A stretch of 64,000 bases of DNA from contig NC_058383.1 in assembly GCF_018350175.1 (NCBI RefSeq), forward strand, positions 25,422,001-25,486,000, written 5' to 3'. Below are positions 36,524 through 49,824 of the stretch, in pieces. A program made the position numbers and the translations under genes. Every line of letters begins with the position of its first letter. Position 1 is the stretch's first letter. Below the pieces are notes generated by a model, which worked only from the letters and a program-made list of their open reading frames with translations, searched no databases and was not told the DNA's origin. This DNA comes from Felis catus. Lineage: Eukaryota.

Positions 36524-36680
36524 CAGTGCTTCTCAAACGTCAGTGTACCCACAATCCCCTGGAGATTGCATTAAAATGCAGGTCTGATTCAGTAAATGTA
36601 AGTGATCATAGAGGCAACGTTTTAACGAGTTTCAGGTGATTGCTGATGCTGCTGGTTCCAAGATCACACTCTGAGTAACA
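36524..36680. mobile_element. MER5A-like hAT relic
   Basis: CAGTGCTTCTCAAAC...TTAAAATGCAGGTCTGATTCAGTA...GCTGATGCTGCTGGTTCCAAGATCACACTCTGAG. Confidence 0.78.
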
Positions 36681-38162
36681 GAGATACTGCTTATATAGTG
36701 GAGGTAGCCGAGGGGTTAGGATCACAGACCTAAATTCAAAACCCATCTCTACCACTTTTTTGCTGTGGATCCTTGGGTAAATTATCTAATACCATCTAGC
36801 CTCCATTTCCCCTTCTGTTAAAATGCAATAGTCAAATAAGTGTGAGAACCAATAAGAAGAGGTACAATATAGTACCACTGAGTCTCATATTAGCTATGTG
36901 TCTTGGGGCACTTAACTTGCCCTCTCTGAGTTTTAGCTTCTTCAATTAAAATTAAAGTGGGAATGGAAATGATTGTACCTACCACATATGATGGTTGTGA
37001 ATGTTTGGGAAAACCTGGAATTAACATATGAGAAACATGTGAGAAGATGTGGGATACATACTTGTTTTCCTTTTCCCTGTCCTCCTCCTCAACCCCGTCA
37101 AACATATCCCAGCAGGTCAGCATTTGCAGCTATTTGGTGGACAGACAGGGTAGAAGGAAGCAAGGGTGGGCTTCTGAGTTAAGCGAAGTTTGAAGCTAAT
37201 CCATGGTCTGCATCTAACAACAACCTCCTCCATGGGAAAGCAGGAGTTTGCAACTCCTTCTCCCCCTAGTGGGTTGGAACCAACGATAATAAAGCAAGAA
37301 CCATATCTGTCATAGATGCCTGGCAAATAGCCTCACCTCTGTTGTTTGTGATATCAGTGGCTGGTGTGATTAATGATCCCTGCTGGGAAATTCAGCTGCA
37401 GAATTCTCACAATGAGGCGAGTCATGAGGCACTGAGTCCCAGAATGCTCCTGAGCTAGTTGCATGTGGGCTGTGCCCCCCCAGGGATCCTTGGACCATTA
37501 CTGGGAATCGGATGCTCCAGACCAATGAGGAAAGTTCAAGTCCGTTTGGTTATGTATTTGGGCTTTGTTGTATTCACTGAGATCTGTATAGAAAACAAAA
37601 TAGCTCTCAAGACTTGAGGATTATGTCAAGATGTGAACCAAAACTATCATACCTGAGAATAAGACCACAAATGACAAGGTGAGAAACAATGGTTAATGTT
37701 CATGTTGCACTTACTCCATGCTATGTTCTGAGATAAGTGTATAAATATGTATTATCTCATATTTACAAAAACCCTAGGAAGACACCATAAAAATCCCCAT
37801 TTTACCATATAAGGAAACCAAGGACACAGAAATAAGGTGATCTACTCAAGTTCATACAGTGATGTGGCAGCATGTGGACTTCAATTCAGATATGCCTAAT
37901 GACAAAAACTGCTGAAATGATTTTTGAGGGCTGATGGAATTTGGTTGGGATAGGAGGCAGGTAACATCTCACAAATAAAAATTAGGTTTCTCTCCCGGTT
38001 CAGTGACTAAGATGTTGGTTCCTTGTTCCAACACATATACAACCCTTGGGAAGAGAGAGCAGTGATAAGAAAGCAGGAGTTTAGGAAGCTAACTCATGTG
38101 ATTCTATTGACCAAGGCAGAACTCGAAGAATCTGTTGATCTGATCTGAATACACTGATCCAT

Positions 38163-38352
38163 GGGGTGCCTGGATGACTCAGTCGGTTAAGCGTCTGATT
38201 TTGGCTCAGGTCCTGATCTTGCAGTTCATGAGTTTGAGCTCCAAGTCAAGCTCTGTGCTGACAGCTCAGGGCCTGGGGCCTGCTTCAGATTCTGTCTCCC
38301 TCTCTCTCTGCCCCTCCCCTTCAAAAAATAAATAAACATTAAAAAAAAAAAA
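38163..38352 (+). mobile_element. Can-SINE
   Basis: Perfect TSD TGAATACACTGATCCAT (38146-38162, 38353-38369). Confidence 0.95.
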
Positions 38353-40394
38353 TGAATACACTGATCCATGCATATGTGACTCAGCACTATATACCTGAGT
38401 GACCAGGTGTTCCAGGCTTGATGCTCTGTGTGTTTGAAGCTTGACACTGTACCGCATCACTTTGCCTCCCCCGCAGGCCTCCCCTTCCCCAGTGAGCTGT
38501 CTTCCTTGAGGACCCAGACCTTACCACGTTCTGTGTGAAACCCCTTGCATTGCCTGCCATTGTCCCTGAGACAAGATCCTCCTCCTCTGTGGTCACTCTG
38601 TCTCTACTTGAGTCCTCCTCCAGCCTATCCTCCAGAAAGCTCTGAAAACATGTAAGTTAAATGATGTCACTCCTAGTTTAAAAATTCCTCAGGGACTCTG
38701 TCTTTTGGGTCAAATCATCCAAAGACCTTCCTAAACTCATCCCCTGCCATTCACTTACCCACACCTGGCTCTCCAGCCAAGCCCAGTTACCCACAGCATC
38801 ACAGCTGGTTCTTCCCCACTTTTGCTCAGGCTGTTTCCTACTCCTGCAATGTCTCTTCCTCAATTTACTAGCCTAACAGTATAGCCTTCAGCAAGTCACC
38901 TCACCTCTCTGAGATTCAGATGACCCATCATTACAGTAAGACTAATAATTATGCCTCCCTCACAGTGGTTGGACAATTAAGGAAGACCAGATATGCAAAA
39001 CAGCCAGAACAGTCACAGCCATTAGTTACTCCAGTTGACTATGCTGGGAAGGAGGTCTAACCTTGGCCCAGAATCTCCCTCACCAATAGCACCTTAGTCA
39101 ATTTTATACTTTTCCAAGGAAGCTTATTTCACTAGCCTGTCCTCTACCCTACAGCTTTTTCCCTCCAGAAAACCTAACTCTGAATGATTTACAGGGAATA
39201 AAGAAAAGGTACTTTGTTTTCCTCCTATGGCCAAGACAGAAAAGAGAGGGAGAGATAGATAACCCAAGGAAGAGACAACTTTGGAACAGTCACTGGAGTT
39301 GGAGAGATTCAGACCCAAGCTTGGGAATGGGGGACAAGAGGACTGATCACTTCCTTTTCTCTTAGAGAATAACTTGAAGTGTAAGGACAGTCTCATTCAA
39401 GACCATATACAGCACTTTCTTGGCAAACTACTACCAATTTGTTGCCCTTTGGGAAAAGTATGAGCAGAAGGGGAAAAAATATTAGAAAAGTATTTTACCC
39501 TAAAAGCCCCACAGACTTTTGGATGAATTGCCTGCCACAGCTAGAGCCACAGGGAGGTTTCAAGCAGTTACTCGCCCAAGATTCTCATAAATTGTCAGCT
39601 TCAACAGTCGGATGCTAAAATGAACTTGAGGGAGAAGAGAAAGACACATAAACATTAAATACAGAATCTTTCAAGTGTGTCCCTTCATTTCCTGACTGTT
39701 TCTTCTCCAAAGGGAATCATTTTCTCTTTTCTTTCTCCTTTTTTTTTCCACTTGACATTGCACAGAGGAGTAGAAAGATAATCAGTTAGATTTCTGATTT
39801 ACCACACTGACAAACAAGCTCTAAGAGAGAGAGTAGTTCATGAGAAAAGCATAGTGTGGGAGTCCGCAGTCTTGGTTGCTGATCCCCACTCTACCACCTT
39901 CCAGTGACATGTCTTCTGGTGAGTTGCTTAACCTCTCCAAGCCCCAGTTTCCTCATCTGCAAAATGGGTAAAACCATGCCTACTACTCAGGATTATTGTG
40001 AAATTTAAATGGAGGTATACATCTAAAAGCCAGTATGTAGTATGCACTCAACAGATGACTGTTATTGTTGTTCTTATTGCCGTTATTTCACTTGAATATA
40101 CTTAAAATACTTCCATAGTCACCTATAAGAGTCCTAGCACCCTCCTCTGTGCCTCAGCACTCTTAATTTCCTGCCCTGCTTCATTTTTCTTCCTAGCCCC
40201 TATCAGTACCTGATATACAACATGTATTTCCTTGTTTGTAAGTATCTCTTTCCCTCATAAAGAATGTAAGTTTCTTAAAGGCAAAGATATTGGTCTACTT
40301 TGTTTTACTACAAAAAAGCCAACACTTCTCAAATGCTTAACACATAGTATATGCTCAATAAATAGTTGTTAGATGAATGAATTGCTGAGCTGCA

Positions 40395-40782
40395 ATCATC
40401 CGAAAGCTCAATTAAGGCCAAAGATGGTTTCAAGATGGAGTACACACAGGGCTGGCAGTTGACGCTGGCTGTCAGCTGGGAGCTCAGCTGGGGCTGTCCC
40501 CAGGCGTACCCTCCATGGCCTCTCCAGCAGGGTAATCTCAGGGTAGTCAGATTTCTCACACAGCAGTTGGCTTCCCCCCAGAGCAAGTGCCTCAAGATGA
40601 CAAGGTAGAAGCTCTGCCTTGTATTGACCTAAGGGCTCCAAAGTCACAGAGTGTCACTTCTCCCATATTTTATTAGTCAAAGCAGTCACAAGCCCACCCA
40701 GGTGCAAGAGGAGGGGACACAGACCTTACTTCTTGAAGGGAGTAGTGTTAAAGGATTTGAGCCATGTTTTAAAACCTCCACA
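40395..40782 (-). mobile_element. Old MLT1 LTR fragment
   Basis: CTGGCTGTCAGCTGGGAGCTCAGCTGGGGCTGTC...GCAGTCACAAGCCCACCCAG. Confidence 0.75.
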
Positions 40783-40969
40783 GACATGATCTCAGATGCC
40801 TAGAGGTGCCAGGTATAAGAAGTAAGTGAAATGGATGTGGATGAGAGATTAAATTAAGAGAGTGGTGGGGAACGTAGGGGATTAAAGCCTTTTGCCCTGT
40901 CTGGAAGGACCATCTGTAACTCAGTTCAAGTGAAGTATGGAATTTCCCAATTTTAAAAACACTGTGTAA

Positions 40970-41152
40970 GGGGCACCTGGGTGGTTCAGTCAGTTAAGCA
41001 TCCATCCAACTCTTGATCTTAGCTCAAGTCATAATCCCATGGTTTGTAAGATTGAACCCCACATTCAGCTCTGCACTAAGAGCATGGAGCCTACTCTCTG
41101 GGCTAAGAGGGATTCTCTCCCTCTCTCTCTGTCTCTCTGCCCCTCTCCAAAA
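40970..41152 (+). mobile_element. Can-SINE
   Basis: GGGGCACCTGGGTGGTTCAGTCAGTTAAGCA head and CT tract. Confidence 0.9.
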
Positions 41153-42770
41153 CAGGAAACAATGGGAATCAGATAAAAGACCTCTTTGGTAGAAATGGGT
41201 TGTTCTGAGAGCTGGAAAAAAAAAAAACAAATAAATGGAATAAAGTGAAAGATTTCTTGACACACCTCCCATCATGTGCCAGGCATTTTACATCTATCAT
41301 TGCATCTAATTCTCACCAAAAACTTCATGGAATAGGCAGAATGACTTTCCTGTCACAGGTGAGCAAATTGCCCCTCAGGGTGATTAGGTCCTGAGTCACA
41401 CAGGTAGAAAGGTGGTAGAGTCCAGGTTAGTAGGCCCCAAGAGCCAAACACACAAACCCTCCACACCAGACCAGATCCTTGGGAGTTACGCCCAGATGGG
41501 GTCAACCAAGCATGAGATGGGAACCAAAGGGCCTTGAAATGGGCCAAAAGGTTTACCATCTTCTACCTGGGCATCTCCTGCTTGGTAGTCTTTATACCAG
41601 AAGAACTTCCCTACGATAGTATTAACCAAAATGTTTGGTAATAATAAAAATATCACTTATAGAATGCTCCCCATGTGCCATCTTCTCTTTGTATGTGTGT
41701 GTGTATACATATTTTTTTCATTTAACCCTTAAAATAGTCCATTTTACAGGTGAGAAAACTGAGGCATAGGGAAGTTAAGTAACTTGTCTGAGAAAACACA
41801 GTAGCACATGGTAGAGTTAGGGTTATAATCTAAGGCTATTTGGCTCAAAGCCTGTTCTCTGAAAACCTAGGCTACCCTGTCTATAAATTCTTCCTATATC
41901 CCACCTTGATCAATGAAGTTTGAATGGGCTGTGTCCATTAGCATAGGACTCTGCAGGAGAGGATGGCAAGCTGCCTCTCAAGGGGCCCTGCTGGATTCAT
42001 TCATTCCTTGTGCCTCACATACCTAAGGCCTGAGGATCCTGCAGTCAGTGGTGTTCAGAGAGACTGAGCCATGCTGGCAAAACTCACAAGAGACTGGCAC
42101 ATATACCAGAATGAACTCACAGTAAATGTGTTCACTTACAATGATTATTTGAAGTGCCAAGAATACCAGAATGCCTCTGCTGGCATGAATAGCACATTCT
42201 TCCTTGTCTGGAGCCAAACTGCAATAATTTATCCCTTAAGCAAATAATTGTGGAACATCTGCACAGGGGTGAGCAAAAAGTAGGCATAGCAAACAGGTAG
42301 TTAGGTGACCATGTAATCAGCCAATCTATGCCAAGATTCCTTGGGCTGTAGGTGACAGAAGACCACTTCTATTTGTTTAAGCAGAAAGTTTATTACATAA
42401 AAAAAATATGGGGGGGGGGGGGGTGTGTCTCATAGAGTCCATGGACAGGAATTAAACTTTGGTCTCAGGAGGGATAGATATTAAGAACAGGAAAAACAGA
42501 AATCATGGGATCCTCTTTCTCTTTCTCTCAAATATATTATAAATTGTATTATATATATAAATTACACATATATTTTTATATATGGATTTCTCCGAATTCT
42601 CTCTCTCTCTCTCTCTCCTTCCATGGTCTGTCATATCAGCTTTTCTCTATACATCTCCTTCATTCTTTTCTTGTATTAGAATCCTTGGCTTCACAGAAAC
42701 TGATTCTGGGTGATTCAAACAGAAAAGGAATTTTTTGAAAGGGTTTTAGGAAGCCCAAATAACAAGACAA

Positions 42771-42801
<31 letters not shown>

Positions 42802-43234
42802 GAAGGGATAAGGAGAGGCTAGACAGCCAGACACAGCCCAAATCGTACTATAGACAGCCTGGTAAGGATGCCACTGCTGTGGACTACTTTTTGAAAACCA
42901 AACATCTCAGCTTGTACACCCTCCACAACTGCTGGCACCAGGTGCCATGTGCTGCTGTGGCACTGCTGCCAGAATATAGTCTCTTCTTCACCTGTATCAG
43001 GCTTATAAGCTTTTGTCATGGAAATTTATAATTGCATATAATATACATACATACACAAATATATACCCATATACATATATATACTATATACACACATGAA
43101 TAGATACATACATACATACACACACATACACCCAACTAGAGAGTATAGTATAAGGAACTCTCATCACTAACTTAAATAATTCTCAACTCATGGCCCATCC
43201 CCACATCTCCCATAGTATTTTGAAGCAAATACCT

Positions 43235-43311
43235 TTATTTTAATGTTTATCTATTTACTTTGGGAAAGAGCGCACACACACATGCGTGCACATGAACACA
43301 AGCAAGGGAGG

Positions 43312-43351
<40 letters not shown>

Positions 43352-43504
43352 AGGAAGGAGGGAGGGAAGGAGAGAGAGAATCCCAAGCAGGCTCCACACT
43401 CAGTGCAGAACCCGAAGTGGGGCTTGATCCCACGACCCTGGGATCATGACCTGAGCCAAAATCAAGAGTCAGGCACTCAACCAACTGAGCCACCCAGGTG
43501 CTCC
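43235..43504 (-). mobile_element. Can-SINE
   Basis: TSD AAGCAAATACCT on both sides. Confidence 0.93.
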
Positions 43505-43564
43505 AAAGCAAATACCTATGTCCTATCATTTTGTTCATAGCTACTTCAACATGTATCTCCAAAA

Positions 43565-43797
43565 CAGGGTGTCACAACTTTGACATTCCTAACATCTTGG
43601 GTCACACCATTCTTTGCTGAGGGAAAGATTATTATTTCCATTATTACCATTATTATGCTGAGCATAATAGGATGCATAGCAGCATCCCTGGTCTCCATAT
43701 ACTAGATGCTGGTAGCTTTCCTCACTCCTAGTTATAACAAACGAATGTGTCTCCAGACATTGCCAAAGGTCTCCTAGGGAGCAAAACTGCCCTTGAT
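43565..43797. mobile_element. MER20 (hAT-Charlie)
   Basis: AGCAGCATCCCTGGTCTCCATATACTAGATGC...GTCTCCAGACATTGCCAAA. Confidence 0.85.

Positions 43798-43798
<1 letters not shown>

Positions 43799-43841
<43 letters not shown>
43799..43841 (+). repeat. (CA)n microsatellite
   Basis: Directly visible. Confidence 0.97.
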
Positions 43842-43843
<2 letters not shown>

Positions 43844-46130
43844 ATATATCTACAAACTATCATCACATTTTAATCTTTAAAATAATTTCTGTCATTAAAT
43901 GTCAAATCAGAGTTTAAATTTATCTGGTTGTCACATAAATATTTTGACAATATTTATTTATTATTAGAATAAGACCTATACCTTGCAAATGGTAAACAGG
44001 TCTCACAAGCCTCTTCTAATACTAAGCTTCATTTTCTCCTTTCTCTTTTTTTTCCCTTGCAGTTTATTTTTATTTTTTTTTTGAGAGATCAGGTCTTGTA
44101 GAGTTTCCCACAGTCTGAATTTTATTGATTATATATGATGGTTGAATTTAACATGCTCTTCCATTCCCTGGATTTCCTGAAAATTAGTAGTTAGATCTAG
44201 AGGTTTGATCTGATTCAGGTTCTATTACTAACTGTTTCATGGTTACAAAGCACATCTTCTATAAGAAGATCATGATGCCAGTTTGCCTCTTTTCTTGGGT
44301 AGTAACAGACTTGGCAATCACTTCCTAAATCCTTTATTTCATAGGTATTAAAACTGATTAACTTGTATCATCCCTCTTCATTAATTAGCTGGAAACTTGA
44401 CTTCTCGTTGTTTGGTTACCTTAACAAACAGTTTGTAAAGGGAAAGTAGAATGCTTGATCTGTTCCCTTTACTTGCAGTTTTCAAAATAATGCAGTGATA
44501 AAGTAGCATTCTCCAAACAGAACCTGTGAGTTTTACTGTTGTCATAATCTTGAGCTTGTGAATTAAAACCTATTAGAAAATTTTTCTAGTCCATTTCAGT
44601 TCATCACAGTTATATTCCTTTTGATGCTCCATTGTTCCATCTATAGCCAGTGGTAGCCCTTTCAGGGTGGCTCCTGAGTTCTTTGGAAGCCCCCAGTGGT
44701 CTTGAGTAGCTTCCTGCTATAAGAGAATATTCTAGGTTTATGGTGTACATTTCCTGCTCATGACCAGAAGTCAGTCATTTCTCCAAGGAGCCCTAGCTCC
44801 TTCCTGTGTGTCTCAATTTCCTGGCAACTCTGGCTGCAGACTCACGCCCTAAGCTGCTGAGCACATCTGGCCAAGAATCACTTGCCTCTGCACCAGTGGC
44901 CAGGAGAGCTAGGAAACAAAGATTTCATCTTCTGGACGTTTGTGACCAGCTTCTTTCTTCCCACCAAGCTGACAGAGGAGGAAACTTCCCAAATATTGAG
45001 AGGGGGCTAAGACAGCAGACAGCCCCTCAAATGACAGATGCCTCCATATCCCTCTCCTTCTCTAAAACAGACTTGTTCAATACGTCCTTTAAAACAGACT
45101 TGCTCAGTACACGTGGCTGAATGTGGCTGTCTGACAGCTTGTGGGTTCATACATCCTCCCAGCTCAAGCACCAATAGAAACTGAGTCCCACCTCTAAATT
45201 TCCAGGAGCTTTGGTCTGATTGTTCCAATCAATAAGCTTTTGCCTAAGGGTAGGGTCATGCAACACAAACTCTGTTATAGGGGCTCTCCACAAAACATGG
45301 AAAACAACAAGCCTCAAAAAAAGAGAGACCTGCCTGAGTATGCACCCCAAAAAGACATCCGCTGCTCAGAACCAGCACTGAAAACTAGATAAAGACTCAA
45401 ACTTTGTAGGCTTTGCATTCTGCAAACTTAATGGACCCCTTTCTGGAGTTCCCAGTATGTGAGTTCCAAGCACCACACCCTAAGCCCCCTACAGTCTTAC
45501 CTGGCCCCTTGTCTCAGTGACGTCAGTTACCAATCCCTCTTTTTTCAGTAACAACCACAGCATGCATTCACAGAGCCCACATGTGTGCCAGTCACACCTG
45601 TTACCCATTGCACATTCCTTGTCTCTGAATTTTCAAAGCCTCCTATGCTGGGCACTACTGCCCTCATCCCTATTTTTCTGATAGACAAACAAAGGTTTGA
45701 AGACACAAATTCCTCCAGATTTTATCACTCTACTCATAAGAGGTAAAGACAGGATTTGAACCCAGGTGGTCTGACACAAGAGCCGGTGCTGTTTAACTGG
45801 ACACCATTTGCCTCACCAGCCTTTAGGGACACTCAAGTCTTTCCCTGTCCTGTAACTGTAGGGTCTCACGAAGGTGACTATTTCTTTAGTTTTGTTAAGT
45901 GTCTTCCTCCTGCAGTTATCTTAAGGATCCACCCGACTTTAAAGTCAATACCCACACACAAAAAATAAATAAATAAAAAATAAAGTCAATACCCACACAG
46001 CAACTACAAAATAAATTCAATAGCCAGACTGCTGTCACAACCAAAAGAAAAAAAAGTCTCATTATAAAACTTGTACACATTAGCATAGGTAACGTGGGTT
46101 TGTATGGACAATCCAAAAAACATAAACTCA

Positions 46131-46500
46131 CTGCTACAGACTGAATGTTTATGTCCCACCTTCCCCCAAATTCGTATGTTGAAACCTAACCCCTAGTGTG
46201 ACAGTATTTGGAGGTGGGACCTTTGGGAGATGCTTAAGGCATGAGGGTGGAGCCCCTATGAAAGGGATCAGTGCCCTTATAAAAGGGACTCCAGAGAGCT
46301 CCCTTGCCCTTTTGCTTTATGAGGACACAGAGAGAAGACAGCTGTCTTTGAGTCAGGGAGTGGGCTCCTACCAGACACGAATCTGCCAGCATCTTGATCT
46401 TGGATTTCCCAGCTTCAGGGACTGTGAGAAATAAACTTCTGTTGTCCCTAAGCTACCCAGTTTAATGTGTTTTATCATAGCAGCTGAATGGACTGATACT
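46131..46500 (+). mobile_element. MaLR solo LTR (MLT1A-like)
   Basis: TGCTACAGACTGAATGTTTATGTCCC...GGACTGTGAGAAATAAAC. Confidence 0.88.
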
Positions 46501-47285
46501 CATTCAATCAGCCAAGAAATATTTGTCAATTGATGTTTTAGACATGAGGGATAGAGTAGTTAATAGAACAGATGAACAGATAAAGTGCTGGAGGTGGTGT
46601 GAGATAGTGAGACAGGCAATAAATAAAAGCAAGAAGTATATGATATGTTAGACAATAAGCGATATAGAGGAAAAATTTAAAAGGAAGATAATAAAAAGTA
46701 TTGAAGGCAAAAATTTTAAATTTTAGATTGGGCAGAAGGAGACCCATGGAATAGTCATTTGAATAAAGTACAAAAGTGAAGTAGTGTGTAGCTAGCTATC
46801 TGAGGAAACAACATTCCAAGCAGGAATATCATGTGCAAAGGCCCGGAGGTAGAGCCTTGTTGCAGGTGTATTCAAGGAACAGTGAGAAGGCGAGTGACGT
46901 GGGAGGTGGGGTAAAGCAGAAGCATAGCAATAAAGGGGAGAGAACACAGAAACAGTCCTACAGGCACTTAACAGTCAAGGTGAAGACTGTGGTTTTTACT
47001 CTGAATGAGATGGGAGCCAGTAGAAGAGCAATATGGTCTGACTTATATCTTCACAGCATCACTCTGGCTATTGTACAGCAAATAGACACCTCAGTGAGGA
47101 AACTGGGAAAGCTGAGAGGCTGTTGCAATAATCCGAGTATAAGCTGATATGGTTCAGCCAGGTGGTGGTAATGGAGGTGGATATATTGATCTTCCTTTCT
47201 CACAAAGGTGGAAGTGACAAGATTTATGGTGGGTGTGAGGAAAAGAGAGGAGTCCAGGGGACTCCAAGGTGTGGCCTAAGCAAGT
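46500..47285 (-). mobile_element. L2 LINE fragment
   Basis: CATTCAATCAGCCAAGAAATATTTG...GTGCAAAGGCCCGGAGGTAG...GGCTGTTGCAATAATCC...GACTCCAAGG. Confidence 0.8.
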
Positions 47286-49824
47286 TATTCAACCTTTAGA
47301 ACATCCAGATGAGACAGAATGCCACTCAAGTCACCTCCAAGTTGACCATGCTAGCAAGCTGAATATAATTTCTTCCTTTCCCACTGTATTTTTTTTTCTT
47401 TAACAAGGCAGCTTGAAACCTATTTGTTTGTAACTTAAAAACACCAGAGGATCTCTGCAGGTAAAACAAAACAAAACAAAACAAAACAACTGCCTCCCTC
47501 CCCCTAAAAGATGGCCACTGTATTTTCAGACCACGGGCTACTAGTAACATCTTCTCTCTGCCTGTCCAGCTTCTGCCCCAGACATACAAAGACATTATTT
47601 ACCTGAGAGCCAAGTGCAAGTAAAAACATATTTTTCTGGCTTACTGTCCCAGGCAAAATTCCAACACACTGCTGAAATACTGTCAGCCAATCAGTCAAGG
47701 ATGTGTAAACTCACACTACGAACTGGGAGTGCATGAGAATATGTGTGTCTGTGTGTCTTTAATATACACTTTTTTTTCCAGAGCATACTGAAATCTGGAG
47801 AAAACTAGAGTAAGAAAAAAACAGAGATGGGAAAGGAAAGCATAGCTAGGGTGAGGAGGTTAGACCTAGGGATTTAGGATCATAAATCAACAAGCTGTTG
47901 GGTACTGAGAAAGAACTACAAACAAAAACATCTATTTCAAGTCTGCTTATACACACACACACTGAACACTTGTCTCTAAAAATACATCTTTATATATTAA
48001 CCCATTCTCCATCAACCTGGAATAGATTTCTCCTCCAGTACATCTGCAATGCTGTTTTGCAGCATTCTGAATTTTTCTTTGGAACTAAAGCATTTGTAAA
48101 GACTTAGGTATGTCCTCTTACAAAACAAACAAACAAACAAACAAACAAACAAACAAACGTGGTTTCTAATCACAGATGACCAAGAATTCTGAGCTTGATG
48201 CATAAGATCTCCTATGAACTAACATATTTCTTGGCCAGGAGGAAGCTTAGTGGTGTGGTTGAAATCTCTGAACAGAATTGGGTTCAAATCCCAGCTCTGC
48301 CCCTGTAGAAATCTTGCATAAATGACTTAACTTCTCAAAGCCTCATTTCCCTTATCTGTAGAATGGGAATCATTCTATCTGCCTCCTAGAGGAGCTGGGA
48401 AAATCGAATCAGGGAAAACATAAACTTTAGCTTAGCACAATGCCTGGCACAGAGTAAGATCTCAAGATACATTGCTTATAGCGATTTCACTATTAATAAA
48501 AAAGGCCTCAGAGTATCAGTGGTAGGTTTTGCTCTGCATGTCCAGATTCACTGACTTAGAGTACCCCCCCTGGTCTGTTGTGACACCCCATCAGTGGGCT
48601 GTGAATATTTAATGGAGCACAGAAGCTTATTTCAACAGCATGTTTTCCTTCGTCGGACTGCAATTTCTTAATTGCTGTAAAGCAGATGTACTTGGGTTTG
48701 CCAGCCAAGTTGCAGGAGATCAGTTTCAGGGTTTAGGTTTCAAAACATGACATTGGCACTGGGTTGTTTCATGTTTCCAAGACAATCCCTGGGAATGATA
48801 TGAGCAGGGCTGGGGGCAGGAGTGGGAGATGGTATTTTCTGACTTAATTAGGACAGGCTCTGAACCCTTGGCTTTCAGCAGACCTAGTGACCTCCTTGAC
48901 ACAGACTGCAGGATGGGGGATGGAGGGATATGGTGGCTGCAATGAGCCCCAAATAAAGTGATAGCAGAGGGAGAAACCTCTGGGTGTCATTGAGGCCAGA
49001 GGTTGTTAACTGGGCTCCACAGAACTCTGAGAGGGGATCCATAAACCCCATCATGCCGCCCCCATCCTCCCTTTTCATAACATTAATTATCATGATAGGA
49101 GCCAACATATATTGAAAACTCGCAATATTCCAGGCATACTTCTAATCAGCTTGCACAGGTTGACACATTACATCCTTACAACAGCTCCCAGAGGTAGGTG
49201 CCATTACAAATCCCCTTTCACAGAAAAGGCAACCATGGCTCAGAGAAGTTAGGGAACAGGTCCAAGGTCACTCAGCTTGTAAGAGCAAGGTGAGGACTCT
49301 GACCAGGCAGGCAGTATGCAATTGGCACTCAGGCTCTTAAACACTCAGTCTTCAACATCATTATTTTTGCAGGTTTCATGTAATATCTCAGTTTGTTGTG
49401 TATGCATGCACATACACCCATGGAAATCACTGGTCTAGACTCAAATAAAAGAAATTACTTTAGACAATGTTCCAGGAGTGTTAGGACCCCTTGCTCTCTT
49501 AGCTGCTCCTTGCTAGAACTCAATTGTTCTTTCATTCATTCAACAATTATTCACAGAATAGCCTGTCAGGAAAAGAAAGAGATAGAGGGAGGGAGAAGGA
49601 GGAAGAAAGAAGAAAAAGCAATAGAACAATAGGAAAGAATCAGAGAACTATGAATGTCAACTGAATATTTGATGATATAAAGGAAAGGGAGCGCAGCTCT
49701 GTGGCTCACAGCATAGTCTCTAGGACCCTGGCTATGAAGCATTCTTCAGGACACAGACTGACAAGTGGGGAAGAGGTTTGTTGGTCTGTCATGGGGCAGA
49801 AGAGGTCTCAGAGCCATCACCACT

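Larger units (their letters stand above)
43130..44805 (-). mobile_element. Old L1MC/L1ME 3' UTR pieces, interrupted by a SINE, MER20 and (CA)n
   Basis: TATTTTGAAGCAAATACC, GAGTTTCCCACAGTCTGAATTT, GTCAGTCATTTCTCCAAGGAGCCCTAGCTCCT. Confidence 0.7.
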
